Source: Mobula birostris (lineage: Eukaryota). Taken from it: DNA of 64,000 bases. The DNA lies in the NCBI RefSeq assembly GCF_030028105.1, contig NC_092391.1:12249223-12313222 (forward strand). Reading direction: 5' to 3'. This document shows positions 51,999 through 64,000 of this stretch, piece after piece (the first letter of the stretch is position 1; every line of letters begins with the position of its first letter). Under the pieces are notes generated by a model that saw nothing but the letters and a program-made list of their open reading frames with translations, did not search any database and was not told where the DNA came from. The translations under genes and the position numbers were made by a program.

Positions 51999-52794
51999 AC
52001 TACAACAACAAAATGCAGAATAAAGTGTGACAGCTACAGAAAAAGAGCAGTGCAGGTAAACAATAAGGTGCAAGGTCATATCAAGGTAGATTATGAGGTC
52101 AAGAGTCCATCTTATCATAGAAGAAAACTATTCAACAGTCATAAGGATAGACACAAAATGCTGGAGGAACTCAGAAGGTCAGGCAGCATCTTATGGAAAT
52201 GAACGAACAGTTGACATTTCAGAGTGCAATCCTTCAGGACTCCTGTGTCATAGCAGCAGTTTAGAAGCTGTCATTGAGCCAAAAGCTTGATCATGCCAAG
52301 AGATTTCAGGGAGCATTTTAAATGTAAAGATTTATGGAGGGCATTTCAGAGCCTGGGGATCCACAGCAGAAGGTACAGGTGCCAAGCTGAATTCAATAAA
52401 AAACTTCGGGGCATGCTCCAGTGATCAGAATTGCAAGGAAACAGCGGCCTTGGAGCTGTGGGGGAGGAGGAGGTTACAGAAGCAGGAAGGGCAAGGACAA
52501 GGAAGAGCATAAAAACAGGGGTAAAAACGTTAAAAGCAAGGTGGTGTGTAAATGTGAACCGGTGTATGGTCAATGAGCTTAAAGGTGGTGGGAGGGTAAG
52601 ATTCAATATGATTTGGGAGAAGAACAGCAGAATTTTGGATGACTTTGGATTTGCAGAACTTTGAATGATTAAGGGTGGGCAGGAGTTAGAAAACAGCAAT
52701 TCAAACTTGAAGTTGCTACAAACATACAAGTAAGAATACTGTCTAGGTCCTCAACCACCACAACAGATTTCTGCTATACAGTATTTACTGATAG

Positions 52795-53225
52795 TGGTTG
52801 GGTCCTGTTTCAATTGGCCACAGAGAAGTTGGGTTCTGATTGGCTGCAGTTGGATGTGGTTGGGACCTGATTGGCTACAGTAGGGTCATGCTGTGTTCTG
52901 ATTGGCCACATATGGGTCTCAATTGGCCAGTCAGGTCACATTGAGCTCCAACTGGCTACAGTCTGGTCAGGTTGGTCTCCGATTGGCTGTACTTGGGTCA
53001 GGGTTGGCTCCAAGTGGCCTCAGTTGGGTCAGGTTGGGTTCCCACAGGCCACAGTCAGGTCATGTTGGGTTCCGATTGGTCACAGCTGGATCAGGTTGGG
53101 CTCTGATAGGCTCCAGTGGGTCAGCTCGGGTTCCGACTGGCCGCACTTGGATCAGGTTTGACTCCAACTGGCCGCAGTTGTGTCAGGTTGGGTTCCGACT
53201 GGCCACAGTCAGACTGCGACTAGTT
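52795..53225. repeat. Degenerate ~31-bp tandem repeat
   Basis: Recurring gattggccacagttgggtcaggttgggttcc-like units. Confidence 0.75.
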
Positions 53226-53933
53226 TGAATGCAGGTCTGTGCAGGAGGGATTCAGCAGCTGGTGAGTGGGGCTATACGTCGCGGATCCCAGCATGGAGTT
53301 TCTAGAAGGCTAAGTATTTGGAAACCCAGCTCTGGCTCCTAAATCTGACAAGCAGAAATTACTAATTTTTATTCACTATAAAAAATACACACCATTCTCC
53401 AGCAAACAGGAGTGGTTTTAACAGCATGCATATGCACAGACACACGCAAACACGCATAAACGTGTGCGCGTGCATTCAGACATGTGAATGAACATGGTGC
53501 TTGAACACACACACACACGTATAACATTTGTACACACAGACATATGTATGAACACGGTTGGCACACACATAATATATGTATGTGCACACATGAATGAACA
53601 TGGTTTACACACTTAAATGTGTATGAACATACATGAATCAGCAATCTTCACACATAGGCATAGGAATAAAGATTTTGCACAAGCACACACACACACAGAG
53701 GAAGAACGTGATGTTCACGTACTCACACATAGGAATGAACACATGGAGCATCACAACCTCACACATCTTTGATGATTTCATTTGTAAATACATTTGAATC
53801 AATCATTCGGTAAAGTTTCTGACAATTAAGTATTGTATCTCCCTGATCGCAGCTGTCCTACGTTTTGTAATGCTGCATTGTTCCCACATATGCGGCTGAA
53901 TACGGGGAGATGTCCTGCTCCAGCGGCTCCTAC

Positions 53934-54052
53934 CTGTGACGCGGTGAGATGGAGCTCCAGCATCACGGCCGTGTGCACGAGGTTTCCGTTCACTACCAGC
54001 CGAATCTCGATGGAATCAGTGGTGAAGGCCAAGATGTAAGGAAATGCACAGA
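53934..54052 (-). CDS. GARNL3: GARNL3 coding exon, VCAFPYILAFTTDSIEIRLVVNGNLVHTAVMLELHLTASQ
   Basis: 119 nt; ccacag / gtagga; phase 1->0; CNH C-terminal motif; overlaps ORF 53826..54032. Confidence 0.96.
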
Positions 54053-54426
54053 CTGTGGGAAGGAAAGGTCAGCAGAGACGTTACCTGGAGGTTTCTCAGT
54101 TTTCCCGCTGCGCCCCAGCGTGCTGCTCCCGACTGAAGTGGGAGAACGCAGGGGGAGAGTCACAGTGTGGGTGTGAGGTTCCTTCCTCTGTGAGACCCCG
54201 ACACGCCACGAGCTGGAGTGAGAGTGGGCTGATCGCATGCTGGGAGCCCACAGTCTCTGGCAGAGGGGGCTCGAGGATGTGCAGAGTAAATTAGGGTGTG
54301 GTGGTGGGGGAGAGGGAATGTGTGGCTGTGGGGAGGTGTCAGAAAAGGGAGTCTTCAGCGGGGCTGTTAGCATGGGGAGGGTCAGTGTGGGGTGTTGGGT
54401 GAGGTTAGTGTTGAGGGATTAGTGTT

Positions 54427-54730
54427 GGCGTGTGGCCAAGTGGTTAAGGCGTTCGTCTAGTGATCTGAAGGTCGTTAGTTCGAGTCTTGGCTGAGGCAGT
54501 GTGTGTGTCCTTGAGCAAGGCACTTAACCACACATTGCTCTGCGACGACACCGGTGCCAAGCTGTATGGGTCCTAGTGCCCTTCCCTTGGACAACATAGA
54601 TGGCGTGGAGAGGGGAAACTTGCAGCATGGGCAGCTGCTGGTCTTCCATACAACTTTGCCCAGGCCTGTGCCCTGGAAACCTTCCAAGGCACAAATCCAT
54701 GGTCTCATGAGACTAACGGATGCTTATATA
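54427..54730 (+). mobile_element. tRNA-derived SINE
   Basis: Same A/B-box head as 42641 but a different 3' half, ending ccatggtctcatgagactaacggatgc. Confidence 0.8.
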
Positions 54731-54959
54731 TAAAAGTGTTGAGGGGTCGGGTGATGTTAGTGTTGAGGGGTCAGCATGAGGAGCGGCGGTGGGGGGGTTG
54801 GGGATGGAGTCAGTTTGTCCACGAGAGCATTTTCCACTTTGACTTGTTTGCCGGTTGCCTCTCCCAGTGGGGACAGGTCTAAACCTGGGGGCCCCACCAG
54901 TAGCGGAGGGTCACGTCACTCAAGTAGATTGAATAGAGCGGATAGGGCTTCCACATGGT

Positions 54960-56415
54960 GTGTGCGGGTGGATTTACCCGGGTGGATGGGGTTACAAGTG
55001 TGTGTGGAGTTACTGGGGTGGATGGGGTTACACGTGTGGGTGGAGTTACCGGGGTGGATGGGATTACAAGTGTGTGTGGAGTTACTGAGTGGATGGGGTT
55101 ACAAGTGTGGGTGGAGTTACCGGGGTGGATGGGGTTACAAGTGTGTGTGGAGTTACCGGGGTGGATGGGGTTACAAGTGTGTGTGCAGTTACCGGGGTGG
55201 ATGGGGTTACAAGTGTGGGTGCAGTTACCGGGGTGGATGGGGTTACAAGTGTGGGTGGAGTTACCGGCTGGATGGGGTTACAAGTGTGGGTGGAGTTACC
55301 GGGGTGGATGGGGTTACAAGTGTGGGTGCAGTTACCGGGTGGATGGGGTTACAAGTGTGTGTGGAGTTACCGGGGTGGATGGGGTTACAAGTGTGGGTGC
55401 AGTTACCGGGGTGGATGGGGTTACAAGTGTGGGTGGAGTTACCGGGTGGATGGGGTTACAAGTGTGTGTGGAGTTACCGGGGTGGATGGGGTTACAAGTG
55501 TGGGTGGAGTTACCGGGGTGGATGGGGTTACAAGTGTGGGTGCAGTTACCGGGGTGGATGGGGTTACAAGTGTGGGTGGAGTTACCGGGTGGATGGGGTT
55601 ACAAGTGTGGGTGGAGTTACCGGGTGGATGGGGTTACAAGTGTGTGTGCAGTTACCGGGGTGGATGGGGTTACAAGTGTGGGTGCAGTTACCGGGGTGGA
55701 TGGGGTTACAAGTGTGGGTGGAGTTACCCGGGTGGATGGGGTTACAAGTGTGGTTGGAGTTACCGGGTGGATGGGGTTACACGTGTGGGTGCAGTTACCG
55801 GGTGGATGGGGTTACAAGTGTGGGTGGAGTTACTGAGTGGATGGGGTTACACGTGTGGGTGGAGTTACCCGGGTGGATGGGGTTACAAGTGTGTGTGGAG
55901 TTACCGGGGTGGATGGGGTTACACGTGTGGGTGCAGTTACCGGGGTGGATGGGGTTACACGTGTGGGTGCAGTTACCGGGGTGGATGGGGTTACACGTGT
56001 GGGTGCAGTTACCGGGTGGATGGGGTTACAAGTGGGGGTGGAGTTACCGGGGTGGATGGGGTTACAAGTGTGTGTGCAGTTACCGGGGTGGATGGGGTTA
56101 CACGTGTGGGTGGAGTTACCCAGGTGGATGGGGTTACAAGTGTGTGTGGAGTTACTGAGTGGATGGGGTTACAAGTATGGGTGGAGTTACCCGGGTGGAT
56201 GGGGTTACACGTGTGGGTGCAGTTACCGGGGTGGATGGGGTTACAAGTGTGGGTGCAGTTACCGGGGTGGATGGGGTTACACGTGTGGGTGGAGTTACCG
56301 GGGTGGATGGGGTTACAAGTGTGGGTGGAGTTACCGGGGTGGATGGGGTTACATGTGTGGGTGCAGTTACCGGGGTGGATGAGGTTACAAGTGTGGGTGC
56401 AGTTACCAGGGTAGA
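54960..56415. repeat. G-rich 35/36-bp minisatellite, ~40 copies
   Basis: Unit ggtggatggggttacaagtgtgggtggagttaccgg(g); produces the repetitive ORFs in all three + frames. Confidence 0.97.
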
Positions 56416-56679
56416 CAGGGCACCTGGGTTGGGGGAATTGCCCAGAGCAGTGTGCTTGTCCAATGGGTGGGCTTGTCCCACTGGGTAGAGATGCCCGACA
56501 GGGCCAGGTTACCAAAGTGGTGGAGAGATGGAGCAGCATGTGCCTCCACAGTCATCAGAGTTGGACTATGTCTTTTGGAGACTCTACATCCTCGTAGCTG
56601 AGCAACCAAGCTTGTAAGGATCCTGTTTTAATCTGAGGTGACACTGTGCTTCCCTCTGTGCTCCATACTTGCCAAACAT

Positions 56680-57035
56680 AATAATAATAACTTATAACCA
56701 TCTGGATAGAGTAATAGAGGATAAACAGGCAAGAACAACTTACCTAATACATTTAGCCATTCCAAACACACACACACACACACACACATATATACAGAAA
56801 TCAGTACGTGAAATACACCAGAAATGTGCTGAATTAAGAGAGGAAGTTTAGAACACGAACAGGGTGTACATTGTCCCAACAGTATTATCTACAACTGGCA
56901 TCACCCCCAAGGCACTACACAAGAGCATTAAACAATTAGAGCTACACAGTAGTACAAAACACCAGCAGAATAGTCCAAAAGGTCCCAGCAACTGAGAAAT
57001 GAGTGAGCTTGAGCTGAGAAAAAATAAATAAATAA
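56680..57035 (+). mobile_element. R4/Dong-like RLE LINE 3' end
   Basis: DKQARTTYLIHLAIPNTH..QK.AEL.EE..RVYIVP.V.STTG restriction-like endonuclease remnant; (aata)n tail; internal (CA)n. Confidence 0.72.
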
Positions 57036-57317
57036 GAACTTAATTATAGAAAACTTTTCATGCAAATGAGCCCTAGATCTTCCAACTCACACTCACAGGG
57101 CTGATGCAGCCCTGAGATCAAGCGCTATGTGCAACCATTTCAGTGACTCTGCTCACTGGAAAAAACGTTTCAGCTCAAAGTTTAATTCCTTTCTTTGCTT
57201 TCATGCATGGCCAATTCAAATGCTAAGCAACAAGTAAAATCTTCAGAAGGTTTCCGGTAATTGGAATATGAAGCAGCTTCTAATTAACAAGGATGCTGGG
57301 GTGAAAGGTGTTCATAC

Positions 57318-57425
57318 CTATGGAGTTGGGGACCTGGTTCCAGCTGAAGTGGAAGTCGGAAGCCGACGGCTGCATCAACGGAGAGCCACCATTAAAGGGA
57401 CACACCTTCTTGTAGTAGCAAACAT
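57318..57425 (-). CDS. GARNL3: GARNL3 coding exon, YVCYYKKVCPFNGGSPLMQPSASDFHFSWNQVPNSI
   Basis: 108 nt; ttgcag / gtatga; phase 1->1; matches recalled human KKVCPFNGGSFLVQPSASDFQFCWNQ. Confidence 0.95.
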
Positions 57426-59483
57426 CTGCAATGCGACAAAGGAACACTTAATCACTTCGTTGTGGCCTGGAATTAAATGCAAAATTTCCACCTCTGCCAT
57501 CCAGAGGAAAGTGGGAGTACCACTGCCCTCTAACTGGCACGCGGTCCTGCATCACAGTTCCTTCACACTTCCGTGCACATTCGACATCAGTAAGACCAAC
57601 TGGCTGTGGACTTCAGGAAGGGGAGGACAGGAGAACACCTGCCTGTCCTCATCGAGGAGTCAGCAGTGGATTGGATGAGGAAGTCAGGACTGAACCCGGG
57701 TCTCTGCAGTTGCAGGGCAGTGGCTCTACCAGCTGTGCCAGTCTGCTGCGTCATGCCAAGGACTACAGACCAGACTGATGATGTTACCAAACTTCTTAAC
57801 CTTCATTGTGGACTGCCAAGTAAAATTCTCCTAACTGGAATTCAGGATTTGGACTTGGTCAACACACACAAAATGCTGGAGCATTCAGGCAGGATAACTG
57901 AATATTCCCCTCTGTAGATGCTGCCTGACCTGCTGAGTTCCTCCAGCACTTTGAGTGTGTCACTTTAAGATTTCCAGCTTCTTCAGAATCTCTTGTGTTT
58001 TAGACTGGTTAAAATTCTTCTCAGGACGTGAGGAAAAAGAAAAATCAATAACATTTAAAGCCCTGATAACACCAGGAGCAGTGAGACTATTTTCAATGAG
58101 TTACAATTAGAACTCCCTTGGTATATGGTTCATAACTGAACTGAGGAAGATTAACATAACCACAACCTTCATTCTTATAGAATCCTTACTGCAGCAAAAT
58201 GTGCCTCAGCACCGAATAGGAACACTTTAAACACAATTTGATAATTGAGCCACATAGAGTTGTAGATTGTTACAACACAGAAACAGGCCTTCAGCCCATC
58301 TAGTCCATGCTAAACTTTTATTCTGCCTAGTCCCATTCACCTGCACCTGATCTGCAGCCCTCCATAACCCTTCCACCACGTACTTATCCAAACTTCTCTT
58401 AAGTGTTGCAATCGAACCCACATCACTATTTCTGCTGGTAGCTCGTCCCACACTCACACCACCCTCTGAGTGAAGAAGCTCCCCCTCACGTTCCCGTTAA
58501 ATATTTGACCTTTAGTTCTAGTCTCACCCAACCTCAATGAAAAAAGCCAGCTTACATTTACCCTATCCATACCCTTCATAATCTTGTATGTTCATCATGA
58601 CCATGATTGTGCTTTGCAAATATTTCTACGTAAGTGGCTTCCCATTGCTTTCTTCTGGGCAGTGCCTTTACAAGACGGGTGACCCCAGTCATTATCAATA
58701 CTCTTCAGAGATTGTCTGCCTGGTGTCAGTGGTTGCATAACCAGGGCTTGTGATATGCACCAGCTGCTCAAGAGACCACCCCATAATTTGTATACTTGTA
58801 TCGAATTTCCCCTCATTCTCCTACGCTGTAGGGAATTAAGGAAAAGAAGGTGCATGATTGTGAACACAAACAAATTGGACCTGATTCTGTGCTGCATGAA
58901 TCTAGGGCACTTTAGTGGGGGTGACCGAGAACTCGGGCCAAGAATTAGGTTTTATCCAGCATCTGAAGCCAGAAAGAAAGGTGAAGAGGATTGTTGTGGT
59001 ATCCTCTCAGGGCTTGCTTCGTCAATTGAAGACAAGGCCACCACTGGGGGGGTTGATTAAACATGGTGTGATCACGTTCTCCGAGTTGAAGGAATGCAGG
59101 TAACCCAGAGGGTTAAAAGGGAGATCTCAGAGCTGAGTATGAGACAATGGAAGCATTTGAACATAAATGTATAAGTAGAGAACTTTTTAAGGTTTAATTT
59201 TCATTGTACAGCAAAATAACTGTGTGCAGAAATCTAAAATAAGATAGTTATTGTAGTTTACCATTGTCTAGTGACAGGAGAATTGCAATCAAAAAGTTCC
59301 CTGGGGTGCTGATGATACCACAAAGATAGACAGAGCTGGGAGGTGAGAAATCACTTGTTAAATTTTTAAATTTTATGGCACCAACATTCACGGAAACAGT
59401 TTTAAAAACACTGAAAATAACTGTTTAATACTTATTTTGTTAAAGATCTACAAAGATAACCTCAAAATATTTTCAAGCAAAAG

Positions 59484-59662
59484 AAAATCTGCAGATGCTG
59501 GAAATCCAAGCAACACACACATACACCATGCAGGAGGAACTCAGCAGGCCAGGCAGCATCTATGGAAAATAGTGAAGGGTTTCAGCCCAAAGCGTCGACT
59601 GTACTCTTTTCCATAGATGCTGCCTGGCCTGCTGAGTTCCTCCAGCATTTTGTGTGTTTTGC
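59484..59662. mobile_element. Palindromic PLE-derived short element (others at ~30700-30880, ~36145-36350, ~57860-57995)
   Basis: Arms ggaggaactcagcaggccaggcagcatctatggaaaa / ttttccatagatgctgcctggcctgctgagttcctcc. Confidence 0.8.
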
Positions 59663-60806
59663 TCAGAGTATTTTAATGTCTAGAGATTTATCATGTAGGA
59701 GGGGAAGTTTGTGAAGGCAGAGGGAAAAGAAAATGACAATGCAGAGAAGTGATTGATGCTTTAATTGTTAACGTTCCACTGTCTGGATGGCAGGTAGACA
59801 CACTCTGACAGCCTGCTGTCAATGGTCTGAAAAGAATGGTCATTACAAGGCAGGTTTTCACACAGAGTGTGGTAGGTGCATGACAGTATCAGAGCAAATT
59901 TTGGGGTTAGCACATGTAGCAAATAACTTTAACTGACTTCAGACACTAGCCTTCAGATTTAAATATGAATTGTGGATTAAATTGCAGATAAAATACAAGT
60001 TAAATTGGAAGAACAGAAAATGCTGATTTCAATTCATTACTTCTGTGTATTTGAGTGTCTGTAATACAGGTGCGAACAGACAGGTGTGATAGTGGGAAGA
60101 TCCAGGCATTTGAAACTGTTACGCGTAATTCAAAGGAAGCATTGTAAATATGGAATTGTCCTTTGACCTTAGCATATAAAATGTGATGTAGTGCTGGCAG
60201 AACTCTTGCTCTGAAAGAAACTGCTTCGTCTCTATCAGCACTTCTTTTTGGTGACGTCATTCATGTAACAACAGGCGGGTGCTGGCAGGAGCAGTGGTAG
60301 AGACAGATACATCAGGGACATTTCAGAGACTCTTGGATAGGCATATGGATGAAAGAAAAATAGACGGCCATGGGGGAGGGAGTGGGTTAGATTGATCCTA
60401 GAGTAGGTTAAGAGGGCCAGAGCAACAATGTAGGCTGAAGGGCCAGGACTGTATTGCATTGTTCTATGTTTTACGATCAAAGGCACCTTGCAACCTCAAT
60501 GCACCTTACCTGAGGCCTTCAGGAGCTATGAGAGTGATTAAAGTCTAAGTCTAAAGCCCAGCTTGCCCAGCAATGGCATGGAGAGGCAAGTCGATGACCA
60601 AAGAGCATCTGAGTAAAAACTGAGATGCAGGACGTGCTACATTATTTTAGTGGCTGCCTCACTTTCCTGACACAATCCTATCCAACCTCAAGAAAGAACA
60701 TACAATCTAGAACAACGAAGAATGGGAGATGAACCCTTGCAGAAGTTAGATAAATTATAAAAGATTCCTGATAAATGCAAACAACTGGATGAAATGTTTG
60801 ACTTAC

Positions 60807-60873
60807 AGTTGTAACAGAGAAGAAGTCCGGCCTCGCCATCTTCATACACATCAATAGCTGCCACAAAACTAAC
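60807..60873 (-). CDS. GARNL3: GARNL3 internal coding exon (CNH domain), VSFVAAIDVYEDGEAGLLLCYN; upstream exons lie beyond the window
   Basis: 67 nt; ttgcag acceptor and gtaagt donor; phase 0->1; peptide nearly identical to recalled human GARNL3 VNFVAAIDVYEDGEAGLLLCYN. Confidence 0.95.
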
Positions 60874-61660
60874 CTGCAATCAGAATGGGTAAGGGGAGTG
60901 CATAACGTCAGCAAGAACTATGGAAAGCCTTAACTTCTAAACACTGGAGGTAGGTCCATCGTTTCAGAGAATTCTCCTCCACTGAAAAGCAAAATAAGTT
61001 AAGATGCTGAAAATCTGAACTAAAAATGCGCCAGGTCCAGAAGCAGTTTGCTAGCGTAGTGGTTAGCTCAGTGCCTTACAGTACAGATGACCCGGGTTCA
61101 ATTCCCGCCATTGCTGGTAAGGAGTTTGTACATTCTCCCCATGTCCGTGTGGGTTTCCTCCGGCTGCTCTGGTTTTCTCCCACAGTCCAAAGACGTACCG
61201 ATAGGTGAATTGGTCATTGTAAATTGTCCCGTGATTAGGTTGGGGTTAAATCGGGGGATTGCTGGGCAGCGTGGCTTGAAAGGCCTATTCTCCGCTGGAT
61301 AGATGGAGGGATGGATGGATGGAAGGAAGGAAGGAAGGGAGAAAGGAAAAGAGGGAGGAAGGAAGGAAGAAAATAAAACCTTGAAGTTGATGGATTGTAA
61401 CCATTCTCTGCTACCAGGAATGGTAGTACAGGTATAGCATAGCTAATATTAATATAGCACCTATGGTACAAGTTCAATTTTGCAATTATCTGTGAGGAGT
61501 TTGTACGCTCTCCTCATGACTGTATGGAATTCTTCTGGATGCTCTGGTTTCCTCCCACATATCAAAAACGTTCAGGTTATTTGGTTAATTAGTCGCAGAG
61601 GGTGTAATTGGGCTTGTGGGTCAGAAGGGCCTGCTACTGTGAGGTACAGCATCTCTAAAT

Positions 61661-61739
61661 CAGGGGACTCCAACCATTTTTATGCTATGGACCCTACTAT
61701 TAACCGAAGTGTCGATGGAGCCCAGGTTGGGAACCCCTG
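61661..61739. mobile_element. 79-bp hAT MITE
   Basis: TIR caggggactccaacc / ggttgggaacccctg; flanks ctctaaat / gttgaaat. Confidence 0.75.
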
Positions 61740-62212
61740 GTTGAAATAAAAATGAATTAAAAAAATGGCCGGGAAGGCTCAGTAAGTCGGGTGGTATCTG
61801 TGGAGAGAGAAGCAGTTAACGTATTTTCTGAAATGAGAAAAGTTAAAAATCAAATATGAATTACGACCCTCAGAACATGAGCTGAGGTACAGCATACTCT
61901 GTTGCATTGGAGACAATTATGGATTCCATTGTCTGGAATCAGAACAGAGTGACAGGATACCGCAGATGCCGGAATCTGGAGCAACAAACAATCTGCTAGA
62001 GATACTCACGAGTTGAGCAGCATCTGTTGGGGGAAGGTGATAGGGAGTATTCTGGAGTTACAGTATTGTGCAAACATCTTGGGCAAAAATATATATCTAA
62101 GGTGAATAAACTTTTCTCGGGCTTCAAACCAAGTACAGGCATCGATTATAACCAATGTTTCGATGACAAACTCTGCCATCTTCTTCACGGATGACTAACC
62201 AATCAGGAGGGA

Positions 62213-62625
62213 TGAAATTCAGAAGAATGAGGGGTGACCTCATTGAAGCCTTTCGAACGGTGGAAGACCTCGATAGAGTGGATGTGGAGAGGATGTTTCC
62301 TGTGGTGCGGGAGTCTAAAAGCAGAGGACACAGCCTCAGAATAGACAGATATCCATTTAGAACGGAGATGATGAGGAATTTCTTTCGCCAGTGAGTGGTG
62401 AATCTGTGGAATCTGTTGCCAGATGTAGCTGTGGAGGCCAAGTCATTGGGTATATTTAAGGCAGAGGTTGATAGGTTCTTGATTGGTCAGGGCATGAAGG
62501 GATACGGGGAGAAGGCAGGAGATTGGGGCTGAGAGGGAAATGGATCAGCCATGATGAAGTGGGGGAGCAGACTTGATGGGCCAAATGGCCTAATTCTGCT
62601 CCTATATCTTATGATCTTATGGTCT
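62213..62625 (+). mobile_element. CR1 LINE 3' end
   Basis: FRRMRGDLIE..RGHSLRI..RNFF; 3'UTR and (cttatg)n tail. Confidence 0.88.
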
Positions 62626-63629
62626 AAGTTCAGGGAAGTTTGCAATTAGTTTGTCCAAGCCATATTATTTGAACATTTGGGGGTGTCTTCCCCATTACAG
62701 CTATGCAATCCAACTCAAATATGGAAGTAAATGATGCCATTGTGACTAGTGAAACTGTACTAAATCACCCACTGACCTCAACGGTACTCTGAGTTTATGA
62801 GACCATCAGTGTCTCCAAAAAAATGCCTGCTCATCGCGATAAAACTTCATTATCACCAGCTTCAGAGTTACTCCCATGACTTCAATCACAGTCAAAACAG
62901 AAAGGAATTGCTGACATTCTGGATTGAAGAATTAGGGTTTCGAACCGAGACGTCAACAATTCCTTTCCTGCCACCTGATGCGGTTCAACCTGCTGAGTTT
63001 TTCCAGCCGCCTGTGCGTTGTGCTGGGAGTCAGAACTTGTGATCACCGTGTAGGAAATAGAAAACCAAGTACTGTACAAATTGCGAAGCCTAAGGACCGG
63101 CAAAGTGTGAAGGGTAAGATTTTAACAGTCAGAACAAGAGCTGCTCTGAGGAAATCCACACACCCCACCCCCTGCCGTTAGCAGAAGGAGGTGGAGAAGA
63201 ACTTTAGAAGAAAGCAGGAGGCATGTGGCACTGGATTGATGAATGTCCACTAGTGTTCAACCCTCCATTGGGATAAAGACAGCACAAGGAAATGGGTTAG
63301 ACTCACTTGTGCAAATGCAGTGATGCCAGGTTGCATCAGGGACCACCTAAGAGGGCAGGAAATGCAGAAATCCTCGCAGAACATTCAAAACCCTGACCTC
63401 CAAGAGCTGCCAACAACTCCACCCCACGTGGCAAATGGCTTATTACTGTCCCATGTATACAAGTGAAAGGTTTGTTTTGCATTCCATTCATACAAATCAT
63501 TGCAACAGTGCATTGAGATGGTACAAAGTAAAACAATAACAGAATGCAGAATAAAGTGTTACAGTTACAGACAACAAGGTGCAAGGGCATCAATGTGGTA
63601 GATTGTGAGTTCAAAGAGAACGATAAATC

Positions 63630-64000
63630 ATAAACACGAGGGTTTCTGCAGACGCTGGAAATCCAGAGTAACACACACAAAATGCTGGAGGAACTCAGCA
63701 GGCCTGGCAGCATCTTCGGAGAGGAATAATGAGTCAACATTTCGGGCTGAGATCCCTCTTCGGGACTGAGAAGGAAGAGGGAAGACACTGGAATAAAGAA
63801 AGGTGGGGCGGGGTAGGTGAAGGACATCAGCTGGAGGGAGATAAGGGAAGCCAGGTGGGTGGGAAAGATGAAGGGCTGGAGAAGAAGGAATCTAATAGGA
63901 GAGGAGAGCAGAGCACAGGAGGAAGGGAAGGAGGAGGGGACTCGGGGGGGGGGAAGCAACAGGCAGGTGAGAAGAGGCAAAATGCCAGAAGCACGGAACA
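63630..64000 (-). mobile_element. Penelope-like pLTR fragment
   Basis: Similar to 39950-40250; includes the hammerhead-like motif. Confidence 0.75.

Noticed and set aside
54776-56539. Long ORFs (460, 441, 293 aa) with GGWGYKC / WMGLQV repeats
   Set aside because: Translations of the stop-free 35/36-bp minisatellite in several frames; lies within a GARNL3 intron
62006-62200. Possible further GARNL3 exon
   Set aside because: No frame resembles the expected upstream GARNL3 peptide; looks like a repeat fragment
63336-63980. 214-aa ORF
   Set aside because: Pyrimidine-rich PLE terminus fused to a Rex 3'UTR; no protein-like features

Overview
Vertebrate nuclear DNA, not prokaryotic. The repeat landscape (abundant CR1/HER1-like LINEs, HE1-like V-SINEs, Rex1/Babar, Penelope-like elements) points to a cartilaginous fish, probably a ray; this is an inference. 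The one host gene is GARNL3 on the minus strand. Seven 3' coding exons (60873->3960) splice with GT-AG junctions and matching phases into a 924-nt frame (307 aa + TGA). It covers the end of the CNH domain and the C-terminus ...FDDEVLDLK*, followed by a 3'UTR with poly(A) signals. One intron is ~40.9 kb, versus 2-4 kb for the others, and is filled with nested transposons: a full-length decayed Tc1, a Buster/Charlie hAT deletion derivative, a 6-bp-TSD MITE, BEL/Pao remnants, a solo LTR, PLEs, RTE-type non-autonomous elements and SINEs. Nearly all ORFs in the supplied track are TE debris or tandem-repeat artefacts. The most notable observations are decayed minimal hammerhead ribozymes inside palindromic PLE-derived elements, a minisatellite apparently derived from a hAT MITE, possible horizontally transferred DNA transposons, and candidate unannotated GARNL3 alternative exons. 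I found no convincing novel multi-gene system. Family assignments come from recalled motifs, not database searches.
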